NCBI RefSeq assembly: GCF_000150275.1
Contig: NW_002060945.1
Coordinates: forward strand, 6,563,607 to 6,627,606
Length of the DNA stretch: 64,000 nucleotides
Reading direction: 5' to 3'
Source of the DNA: Trichoplax adhaerens
Lineage: Eukaryota; Animalia; Placozoa
Below, one piece after another: positions 13,126-24,400 of the stretch. The notes under the pieces were generated by a model. The model searched no databases and was not told the DNA's origin. It worked only from the letters and a program-made list of their open reading frames with translations. The stretch's first letter is position 1; each line of letters begins with the position of its first letter. The translations under genes were made by a program, and so were the position numbers.

Positions 13126-13745
13126 GGTACTGTACTGTACACTGTACAGTGTACAGTGTACAGTACAGTACAGTACAGTATTGTAAAGTATTACGTACAG
13201 TACTGTACAGTACGGTACGGTAGGGTAGCAATCGCATGTACTGTACTGTACTGTACAAAAACAGTACCGTCCTTGGTACTGTCATAAACTACAGTACACA
13301 CTATACAGGAACACCTAAAAAAGCGATCATTCATCAGACAGACGGACTTTTCTTATCCGATGAGACCGTCAATATCGAAAAATGCCTACTTAGCATGGAT
13401 CTGTACAGTGTACAGTGTACACTGTACAGTACACAGTACGTTCGTACTGTGCTGGACTGTACAGATTTTGATGAATTAACCGTTTCAGTGCTCATGTCGC
13501 ATACTGTACTGTATAATATACTGTACGTACAGTATGAATGTTCAGAATCTTACAGTACAGTACTGTATGCTGAAACGTCTCAAATCGTTTGAGACGTACA
13601 GACGTACAGACGCACAGTTCGGTGTCGTAGCATCTAAATGTACTGTACTGTACTGTACAGTACTGTACAGTACAGTACTGTATACTGGACTATAGTGAAT
13701 CACTACTAGTGATGACGATGATGTGTACAGTATACTGTACAGTAT
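13126..13745. repeat. Palindromic TACTG/CAGTA/GTAC low-complexity tract cluster
   Basis: Runs such as gtactgtactgtacactgtacagtgtacagtgtacagtacagtacagtacag (containing the perfect 24-bp palindrome actgtacactgtacagtgtacagt) and tgtactgtactgtactgtacagtactgtacagtacagtactg; located in the divergent ODF3-STOML2 intergenic region. Confidence 0.85.
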
Positions 13746-13916
13746 GTATGCAACAGCAATGATAATGATAATGACATTACCGTACTCTACTTTAGTGAAT
13801 ACTGTATGGCTGAACCTGCCGACACTGCTGGTCTATCAATTTTTGAAGCGGTAAAGACGAGTACAATTTAATATACGACAGCTCAAATACAGCTTCATCA
13901 AGTATTTATCGAGTTA

Positions 13917-13976
13917 GGGACTTCCAAGAGGAGAACTTCTCCATTTTCCTTTACAACTTTTCCTCTTAGAAGTCCC
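13917..13976. other. 19-bp inverted repeat (hairpin) with 22-nt loop
   Basis: gggacttccaagaggagaa (13917-13935) pairs with ttttcctcttagaagtccc (13958-13976), with one mismatch and one G-U wobble. Confidence 0.7.
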
Positions 13977-14279
13977 CGATCGACTATGCGCATGCCTGCA
14001 GCCGATGTAACTTTGTATCAATGACTGAAGCTGCGACAGAAACGTACAGTATGAGAAATTTTCTGTACTATTGTCGATGGGTTGGATACTACTGTATTTC
14101 TTACAGAAATTGAAAGTTCTATTACAACTGTTCAATCAAAACTATGGACAATACAGTGCAGTATATACAGCAGAAGATGGCATATACAGCATAAAGATAT
14201 CTACGGTGGCCCAAAAGGGGCAACGTAATGCTTGGTAAAAATTGTATTTCTATTGGGGAGGACTTAATTCATGGTACGG

Positions 14280-14531
14280 CATACTGTACATACTGTACTG
14301 TACAGTGTACAGTACAGTGTACAGCAGTCCGTACTGTACAGTGTACAGTGCTTCATTGACCTTCCAAACAAGTGTCTAGTGTCATGTCTAGGTATTCATT
14401 CTTCTAGTGGTCCAAGCCCCCGGCTACCGAAAGAAAGAAAGAAAGACTGAACAGCAAAGTACTGTACTGTACACAGTACTGTATGGTCACATGGGCAATG
14501 AAGTGCTTGAAGTACTGTACTGTACTGTACG
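14280..14531. repeat. TACTG/CAGTA tracts immediately upstream of STOML2
   Basis: atactgtacatactgtactgtacagtgtacagtacagtgtacag (about 14281-14323), gtactgtactgtacacagtactg (about 14459) and gtactgtactgtactgtac (about 14512). Confidence 0.8.
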
Positions 14532-14659
14532 TATTTCAGAATTTCCGATTGGAACTGCTGTTCAACAAGATCGAGTGGTCGAAAAATTGCTAACGGGAAA
14601 GCAACTTCAATTCTCGGTACCTTTATTGCTAAATTGCGCTATCATAGACAACGCACAAC

Positions 14660-17600
14660 ATGTTAGCATTGTCACGAAACTACCAACGGATCTTGATCGT
14701 AAGTATCTGCTAGAATTTTGCATATCATCGTAATCCAAAACCAAACGGAATATATAGTAATATGCCAATAAAGCATGAATTTGCATGAATTGCCATTGCC
14801 ATCGTTGATTCAGCATGATATCTTTACGTACCGGTGCATTGGATGCATTGCTCAATCGGTGGTGAAATCGCTAACAGCGATACCATTGAATTTTCTTTGA
14901 AATAATACCAACCATGTATTGGTAGAAACTTTCGTAAAAGAGTGTTTACGATTCGAACAGGTAGTAGTAAGCTGTTGCGATGCACACTGTTGGACTTTAC
15001 GCATCAATTCATAACTTTCGAAATGAGGGGCATACTGCTACTCCACAACTATTCTTATCATTCAGAATAGTGCTCGTACTATATTTGTAAACTAGATTAA
15101 TATACAGTTATGAATTGGTAGATAGTTAATATGCTCTGATGAATTCAGAATTATTATGGTAACGCTGAAATAAATCTAGAACATAGTAGATTGCATCATC
15201 ATCGCTGTAATAAAAATTGCAATTTACATATCTTATCAACTTCGCTAATAGATTGCATCATATTTTAGAAACCGATAAACTTTGTCATTTCACTATTTTC
15301 AATATTACAATTAAAAACTGGTACTATTACATACAGTATTATTATGGTGATCTATTTTCTATTTCTTGAGACAAATTATACGTTCTCTTCTAATGCCCTC
15401 TGTACTGTACCATACATAAAGGATAACAAGTCTTTTGAATGAAAGATAAAAGATTTGTATAAACTCGATGAGGTCCAAATTATTGAAGGACAGCAGTGAT
15501 GTTTCTTTTATAAATTTATTGTACGTATTATGATATGGATAGTTTGATCTAGTGTAGCTTCAATTTTGAAATATCAAGCCACTTAATAGAATTTGGTTCT
15601 ACATTAGTGATATAAATTCGAGCTAGTAAGCTAACGGCCTCAACGTAAATTAAATCCATTATTGCTATCGCGTATTAGAGATCGACTCGATTTATAGAAC
15701 TGTTAACTATTACGTACATTATTGTCTGTAGTATATATAACATAGCATCTTTTCGTTAACTTTGATCTGCATTCTTTTGCATCCCTTACAGCAGCAGATA
15801 AAAAACCGCCAGAATATTAGAACGATCACTGGCTACCCGTCGACCTATCCTGTCGATGGAAGAAGGAAATTACTACCTAAAAATACAGTATGATATTTTA
15901 ATAATCTTTATCATACATTTGGCAGCTTAACGTAATTGACATCTGATGACTCTTTCTTACGTCTACACTTTGATTAATGAATGTAGGATAAGTCATTTCT
16001 ATAACAGAAGTTTTCAACTGGTTTGCTTTCTGTTGTACAGGTCATCAAATTTGTTCCGCAGCAAGAGGCTTGGATTATAGAACGATTTGGAAAATATAAC
16101 AGGACATTAGAACCTGTAAGACTTTAGCAAAATAATTAGCGGTGCTAACATTAATGGAAAAGATTTAATTCTGCTTATCTATAGAATAGATAATCGATCA
16201 GATAACATAACAAAATGCCAAAGTATAAAACTGGGCCATATTTGATCTTGCCTTTATATAGGGTTTAGCGATTTTGCTACCAGTAGTAGATCAAATTAAA
16301 TATGTTCAGAGTTTAAAGGAAATTGCTATTGAAATTCCATCACAATCCGCTATTACTTTGGGTAAAATTTGTCAAAATACTAAAACTAATTTATGTTACT
16401 ATATTTCGTAGCAGTAGTATTAAATTGCGTGATAAGTGTAGGCCCTTATGTGCACGTCTAAGAATTCATAGTTATATTGTATGCCTTCAGACAATGTTAC
16501 GATCAATTTGGATGGTGTTTTATACCTGAGAGTCGAAGATCCATATTTGGTTAGCTATCATGATTGATTTATCGCAGATGTTATTAGGCTCAACGAAGTG
16601 GTATCTCTATACAGCACTTGTGTATTTCTTATTTTCCTGGATCTTTTGTATTGTGGTAGGCATCCTATGGCGTAGAAGATCCTGTTTACGCTGTTACACA
16701 ATTAGCTCAAACAACCATGAGATCAGAGCTAGGTATTTCTTGATTTTCTTTTACCAAAACCACGATTTTATAATCACAGAAGGAAGGTAATATCATAAAG
16801 TTTTATTGAGCACTTTGATTTTTACTTAGGTAAAATTTCTTTAGACGTGGTATTTCAAGAACGTACATCCTTAAATATCAGTATTGTAGGTAAGGAATAT
16901 ATTAATTGCTCGTGTTCATTGGCACTGCAGGTAATAGTTGATTGTAGAGCTTATGAAATCTCTATATGATTAAATAATTTTTAGAGGCAATCAATTCGGC
17001 ATCTGCAGTATGGGGAATTAAATGTTTGCGCTACGAGATTCGTAAGTAGCTCATAAGCAATCGATGTTTTATTAGCTTTGAACTTTATTACTATGATGGA
17101 CTTGTTATGTAATGGTAAATCTGCTATGATTGCTTCAAATAGTATATCATAAAATTGTTTGTATTTTACTCCTTGCTTGTGATCATAGGTGATATACAAC
17201 TGCCGTCGCGAGTTAAAGAAGCAATGCAAATGCAGGTGAGAGGAATGCAAGATTCCTAGTGGCTAGAGCTCGTAGTAATCTCGACTTTTATCGTCAATAA
17301 TTTTAGGTTGAAGCTGAACGAAAGAAAAGAGCACAAGTTTTAGAGTCGGAAGGTAATATCGAAGTTTCAAATTCCATATAGATTTGTTACAATAAGTTAG
17401 TTTGTCTTCAGACTGATGTATAAAAAATATTCCATTTAATATAAAGGTGTTAGAGAAGCAGCTATCAATGTAGCTGAAGGAGAAAGGCAAAGTAAGATTC
17501 TTGCTTCTGAGGCACTGAAAATGGAACAAATTAATTTAGCTACTGGTATGTATTAGAAAGTAAAGGAATGACAGCATTAACAATATTGCATTTGTCGGGT

Positions 17601-18505
17601 AATTGATATTACAAGGTATATTTCAATCATTATTTAAATAGGTGAAGCCGAAGCAATTTGGGCTAAAGCACAAGCCAGAGCAAAGGCTTTACAAATTCTA
17701 TCACGTCAGCTGGTTCAGCAGGTACGTATATTACCAATGAATCGATACGATTACAGCAACAGCGGAACGCGACTAAACTGATTTTAAATCTACTATAGAA
17801 TGGTGAAAAAGCGGCTTCACTTAATATCGCGGAACAGGTAAAGGGAATGATAACGAAATAGTTCAAGATATATTACTATACTGTGAATATATTATGAGCT
17901 ACAGTACTGTACTGTCACGGCACTGCTTAATAAGTCAATTCAGATTTCACTATTTTTGCATATTTTAGTATATTGCTGCCTTCAGTAAATTGGCGAAAGC
18001 TAGTAATACGGTTATTTTACCCGCTAATACTGGTGATGCGGCTTCAATGGTTGCTCAGGTTAGATTATGCTACTTGTGTTACTGTGTTACCAATACATGA
18101 AATAGTATGAACATATCGTGTACATATGTTATTCTATTACAGGCAATGGCGGTATACGTAAACGCCTCCAAAAATACATCTAATCTTTCAAATATATCGG
18201 ATGAAGAATTAGGTGAAGATGCTTCTGACGTAAGCAATTCTTCAGCTCAATCTTCCTTTCCACTTACATCATTAACAGAAGCAGATGGCACCCACAAAAG
18301 TAAGTCGAGTATCATAAAACTATTTTATGTGTGTAATAAATTGTATCTGATTGCTTGGTTAAGATGGATTCTGACATGTATTGCTACGTCAGGTCGTGGC
18401 GATGATGAAAGCGCCCGTATTGACCATTATACCGCTGCTGGCTCCCCTACAAAAGACTGGGCAAAGGACCACCTAAGTGATAAGGATTTCGAGAAAATTT
18501 TGTAA
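14660..18505 (+). CDS. STOML2: Stomatin-like protein 2 (mitochondrial SPFH/band-7 protein), multi-exon
   Basis: Exon 1 reads MLALSRNYQRILI (14660-14698, then gtaagt), basic and presequence-like. It continues LPKNT|VIKFVPQQEAWIIERFGKYNRTLEP|GLAILLPVVDQIKYVQSLKEIAIEIPSQSAITL|DNVTINLDGVLYLRVEDPY..ASYGVEDPVYAVTQLAQTTMRSELGK..VEAERKKRAQVLESEG..YIAAFSKLAKASNTVILPANTGDAASMVAQAMAVY, closely matching SLP-2. Stop at 18503-18505. The exon 1 assignment is inferred. Confidence 0.93.
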
Positions 18506-19153
18506 CCTAGACTGCATCGAATAAATCTGATTGGATAATGTTGTGTTTTTTGAACGGACGGTTGATACTATTAATGCGTCTTAACTCTGACGAGACAATA
18601 AGCTGAAAGCCATGGTATAACAAATCTTATACGTTAATAGGCCGTGGCTTTAGACACTTTTTTGCTGGCGTAATACCCATCGTTGTAAAATTTTTGCTGT
18701 AAAGTGTCTTGTAAAATATCCCGCTGATGTAGGTATCCAAGTATGAGATTCCGTAGTTACAATGATGAATTCTATGAATAAATTACTCGCTGAAGCTTTA
18801 CAGTACATTGCTGCATCATTACATCATGCTGTATTTTGCATTACCGTAGTTTATGGTGAACATCTTGGATTATCAATAATGCACATTTTTGAATATTCAT
18901 ATTGTAAATGGTAACTGAATTTTTGGTTCAGCACGATGGTGTCTTGGTCAGTTTTGTGAACTTTACTGGTGCAATGGATAAAGAAATTTGAATAAATTGC
19001 ATTATTGGTGTTCTTAATATTATTATTATTATACTTGATGATTAATAAAACGTAGTATAAACTACAATTCAGTCGCTGTAAATTAAATGCAAGACTATTG
19101 AGCAGGTTGCTGTAGCTCACGTCGTAGTAAAGTCTTGATAGTACGTCTGAGCA

Positions 19154-19243
19154 TGTACTGTACGGCAACAATCGCACTATTCGTTGCACTACTGTACTGT
19201 ATAGTGTACAGTCTACTGTAGTACTGTTACTACTGTACAGTGT
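19154..19243. repeat. TACTG/CAGTA-rich tract in the STOML2-myotubularin intergenic region
   Basis: catgtactgtacgg...actactgtactgtatagtgtacagtctactgtagtactgttactactgtacagtg. Confidence 0.65.
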
Positions 19244-19439
19244 GTAGAAATTCTTTCCAGATGAATCAGCGTACATTTTTATGCCATAGTTCGTAAAAAA
19301 ATCCGTAAAACTTTCCACAGTTTTGACTTTTTTATTCCACTTTTCAAAATCTGGACAGAATTTCTACACACTGTATTATGAAGACCTTGTATTGTAATTC
19401 TCCAGTTGAATGCGTCACATGATTTAACTGAACTCCAGG

Positions 19440-19593
19440 ACTGTACTGCACCAGGTTGAATGAGGTGATGATGGAAAGAAATTTTGAAGGGCGGACGACA
19501 CTTTACAGTATATTGCACGGTCGTTTACAGTATAATGTACTGTACTGGACCAGGTGAATGAGTGATGATCGAAAGAAATTTTGAAGGGCGGAC
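19440..19593 (+). repeat. Two direct copies of a ~55-bp module with an identical 23-nt core
   Basis: Copies at 19440-19496 and 19539-19593. The core gaaagaaattttgaagggcggac is identical in both (19474-19496, 19571-19593), and each copy begins with actgtactg. Confidence 0.85.
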
Positions 19594-21400
19594 AGTACTG
19601 ATTCTAGTTACTACGGGTACGGACGGCATACAGTAGCATACAGTCAATACGAATATAACCAGTATGATCAGTTGATCTCATGCAACTGACTATAACTAAG
19701 TATGACTACTCTGAATACTGTGTAGCCCTGTGAAGTTTTGTACTCCCATCAGTCCCATGTCTGCGATTTTTTCGTTGGAAGTCTTGAAGACAGTGAGTAC
19801 AAAACTTAGCTGGTCTATTCTACTCGTATACTGAATAGGATACATGAGTACAACAACATCTTTCTGAGCAGTCTACCAATGATGATGTTAACGTCCATTA
19901 CAGACCCAGAAACTCGAATAAAGTTCATCACGAGTCATTTGTGTCTCAGACTGTGAACAATATTATTGTTTGATGCCGCAGTTTCCGACTATTGTCACTG
20001 CCCACCGAGATCAATGTAAGAAAGGCGTTTTTGGGGGATATTAACTCGATGTATCTACTTTTCGTTTATACCAGTACAATACATGGTATAGCATGTACAC
20101 TATACACTAATAAGGGTCTCGAATGTCAACTATTTCATTGGCTAAACCGCATATAGGAACTTGTACACTGTAATTAATGAATTAATTCTATGATATACTG
20201 TAGTCGTGATATACCGCATACTAATGAACTTCCGTCATTCCTGTACTATACTGGAATGATGCATTACTTTCGAAGCCACAAGTTGCCTGACCTGAATACG
20301 ATACACTGTACGCAGTGTTAGTTTACCATATAAGGGCAAAAAAGAAGCAAGGGTGCGTCAACTTGATGTCGATTGAGTGAAGCTGAGTGAAAGGAGGAAG
20401 TCGTGTTGTATGTAGACAGTTCGTGAAAGACAATTTTCGTCTCAGCAAAGAAAATTTCTCTTCCATTTTTCCTTCAATGAACTTGGTCTTGAAACGTCAA
20501 TAAGGTAATTTACATGCCGTAATCCAGGGGTAAATAATGGAAACAACTAGAAGTAATCCTTTCGGCTGCTATGCCAAGTAGAAGCCAGCATTCGACGGTG
20601 ATCCATTTCATGGTAGAAGGATAGTTCGAGGAATTCTTTTCTTTATGGCTCTCGTGGCTGAATATCAGTTAATGAATGACAAAATGGATACAACTATTGT
20701 GCTTTAGCTTACCGTCATTTTAACACAGCTTTAACAGTCCAAGCCACTATGGGCGTACTTTCGTAATGTTGGATCATAAAATAAACATCAGTGCATGATG
20801 TTCACAAGCTTCTTACCAGTTTGAACTAGGCAAATTTCTACTTGGAGTGATGCATTCCCTGATAGAGGAATACCACTTTTCACTTACTTTTTTATATCTT
20901 GACAGTTCAACTATTCATGAAACGGTCGATAGTTTAGTACACGGACTAGAATAGGGTAGATAAAAATCTGCCATTTCTCGTTAGTGTTATGGGTTAGAAG
21001 AAGGGTGAAAGACCTACCTAGTAGGACGACTTGACTTGTTTATTTCAATAGTCTACTATCAAACATGTAAAAATTAGCATAAGTAACAAATAGAAAATGA
21101 ATTGACGTTTCACTGGATGCATCTTGGATAATATATAGAGAGAATGCCTGCGAGGGCTTGCTTTGACGTGTATCATTTCATGATCATTGTTTCCCTTTCG
21201 GTAAGATTGGACTAATTGACAGGTTGCCGTCGAGTTGTTGAATGATATTGGTGATTCACGATTTGATTTGTATATGCATCGTTAGAAACACGATAAGCTA
21301 GGAAGAAGTGTCAATGGAAATGTCTTCAGTTGAAAATATTCAATCTGAACGTTCTTTCTTTTTAATAGGAGATAAGAGATTCTCGTAGCCTATATTTTCA

Positions 21401-24400
21401 ATGACTGGTCAAGAGAACCCCAGCGAAACCTGGGATGAAGTCAGAGAACAATTGAAAAAGAAGATTCTTTTTCCAGGTATTGTAATTTGTATCTGAGGCA
21501 TTGGAGAGATGGCAATTTTTAATCAATATTTCAAAGTCGAATGAACAATAAATATCTGCTAGTTCATGGATTACTTTCATGCTTCATACGTTGCAGTTTT
21601 ACCTTCAACAAATATACTCGTACTCTGTTCCCTACTCTATGGGGAAATCACGAATACGAGTATATTCAGTTAGACTGTTTTTTAAAATACTGTATGATTT
21701 ATAAAAGATTGGAAAGAAATCTGACACCATGTCAAGATCATAGTCTCATTTCGACTAGTGTAAAAGATTGTTTTTCCAGAGGCAGTAGTGTTGTACAGTT
21801 AGGGTCCGCCTTGAAATTATGTTATAATAATAGATTGCATTATAGGATATGCAAAGTAGCTAATGCATAGAGAATTACATGTAATATAAACTAATCGATA
21901 TCATCCAAAAATCTAGGTGAAGAAATACAATATACTCCTGATCATACTTTTTACAAGAACGTTCATTACATGCTATGTCATCGACAATCGGTATCGAAAG
22001 AGTCCAAAGTCAGAGTTTGTTTAACCAATTTTCGACTAATTATAATTGAAGGAAGTCTCGAAGATAAGGTTTCATGCTTTCCTACCAACCTTTTATTCGT
22101 ATACTGTTGGAAATTTTATTACAATACCTTATATGATCTTTACCAGCATAGTATAATCAAATTAAATAATAGCTTATGACATGCTTACGATTCATAAAAC
22201 TACCATTCAGGTTCTAATTCTATTTTCTTGCTTTCAACAGATACGGACTGCTTCTGGGGTGAGAAATGTTAACGATGGAGTATACTTTTTCGATGATATT
22301 GTTCTTAAAAATATAGAGAAAATAAAGTATACCTGTAAGTGCTGCGTATCAACCCCTGTTTACTGATATTATCTTTGATGAAGTTGTTACTTTTTACATT
22401 TTAAAAGCCACTCTTAGCCGAGTTGTAATGATAAGATTTGGTAGCTATTTATTATCTCGACATGTACACGATATTCTCGTAATTTTATTCTTATTATATA
22501 GTGGATAAACGTTGTCAAGAAAGGCATACAGTCACCAATAATGCACTGCCAACTTCAGGAGGCATTACTAGTTTACAAGTCTATTGTAGGGTAGGAGACT
22601 TTGTATAGCGTGCGTGTTACTTTGTAGTCATAGCCATACCCCACTGAAGTTGGAAAACATTCTGCTGTGTCTTAGCTTGATAACATATTTTCCAATAGAA
22701 CTTTACCCTACTAGATATCCGTGCTAGAAGAAATGATCAGACATTGGGTGATGTAAGTTATTAATGGGATGCATTGCTCAGTAAGTTGAACTCTAATTAT
22801 CGCACCTAATGCAATATTCCCTATTATATTTGGATCAATTTAGAAATCGCTCGTATCACGATTGAAATCGTTTCGATTATTACCGAGAAGGTCACAAGTA
22901 AGTGTGACGTTGAGCCACTTTACTTACTATGATGTTAGTATTAGTACTCTGAAACATTACAGTGCGTACAACGTGCGGTACAAGTATCAAATTCGAAATT
23001 ATCTCCAACCGTGTCAAGGCTATATCTGAGAAATTTTTGTTTGTTTATATTGCAATTCTGAGTTATTTGAATCAACGATGATATATACTGTACAACTTGC
23101 AACATCTAATATTAGGGCTTACATGCAACTTTTAGGAAATGTCGAAATTTTAAACATCGTTTATTTCATTATTATAGGCTAACTCTGTTTCATATGAAGA
23201 GTTAAAGAAGGTAAGTGTAAAATGCTTTGATTTAAATTACGTATTAGATGTCGGCAATTAACAGTAGAAATTGCGTGTTTACTCTAGATGTTACGTTATT
23301 TGATTGGTTGCAAACATACCGAATTTTACACAAAATATGCTAACAGTATGGAAGGTAATTGGACTACTATTTAAAAATAGAATACTCATAACTGCAAAAA
23401 TTAATAATATGTCGATCCTTAATAATGGTATAAAACCTATCCAGGTTTAGCAAAGACTGGTGGTGTACCATCTTACCGTAAAATAAGTGACTATGAGAGT
23501 GTAAGTTGAGCTATGTATCGTGTTGATTAGTAATGATGTCTGATAGTATGAAATGGATACTATTAAACTATAGGAACTTGACCATTTGAAGACACCAAAA
23601 ATATGGTGCATTAACGAAGATGCCAATAGGGGATTTAAATATCAAAGGTCATTCTCTCTTTAGTATATTTTCATTGATAATTATTTCATAAATTCAATTG
23701 GGATATAAATATCGGAATCAATATACTAATTATCAAAAATGGTGTATTTGAATAATTGTAATTACAGTCTACCTGAAATACTGCTTTGTCCAAATGATGC
23801 TGTATCCAAGAAGTTAGATCTAAACATGCTTCTGGCAGCCTACAGGGAAAAGCGTTATCCCGTGAGTATAACGTCTCTAGTCGATATCTTGTTACGATTT
23901 TGATGTACTAAATAACTAATTAAATGTTTGTTAATTTAATATAGGTACCTTGCTGGTATTACCAAACTAATGATGTTTATTTATTAAGATCGGCATCCGA
24001 GGATCATGGCCTTAGAGAGAATTGTAACGAAATGGAAGGAAGGTTTGTAGGATACCAGTTTAAATAATTTCTACAAGCTCTTTATATTGTATCCATGCAC
24101 ACTAAATAGAACTACTATAATATGCATTTACATTTAGAATATTTGGAATTATAAAAGACCCAAATAAGCAAAAACCATTCAAAACTATAGAATTAGCCAA
24201 TCGATTCCCTAATTATTTAGCAACTGTATGGCAACGGATATACACAGACAATGGAATTGTACGTGTTGGCAACGTAATTCAACCCAAAGAACTTTCGTCT
24301 GGCTATAACAATTTAAAATATCACTGCTTGAAAGGTATTTGATATTGTGCGGCTATTGAATAGCATTATAATTATTAAAGTTTTTCTTATTAGGTATACT

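Noticed and set aside
12982-13592. Overlapping ORFs rich in YCTV/TVLY/STVQ (also 14407-14733, 18851-19318, 57088-57270)
   Set aside because: They are translations of the stop-poor TACTG/CAGTA tracts on both strands, with no domain signal or splice support.
13126-13745. CRISPR-like array
   Set aside because: No constant repeat with unique equal-length spacers, no cas genes, and the context is eukaryotic.
19562-19604. C/D-box snoRNA (GTGATGA ... CTGA) or Sm-site RNA (AATTTTG) in the duplicated module
   Set aside because: C to D distance is only about 40 nt, the first copy has no D box, and there is no convincing flanking stem or spliced-leader donor structure.
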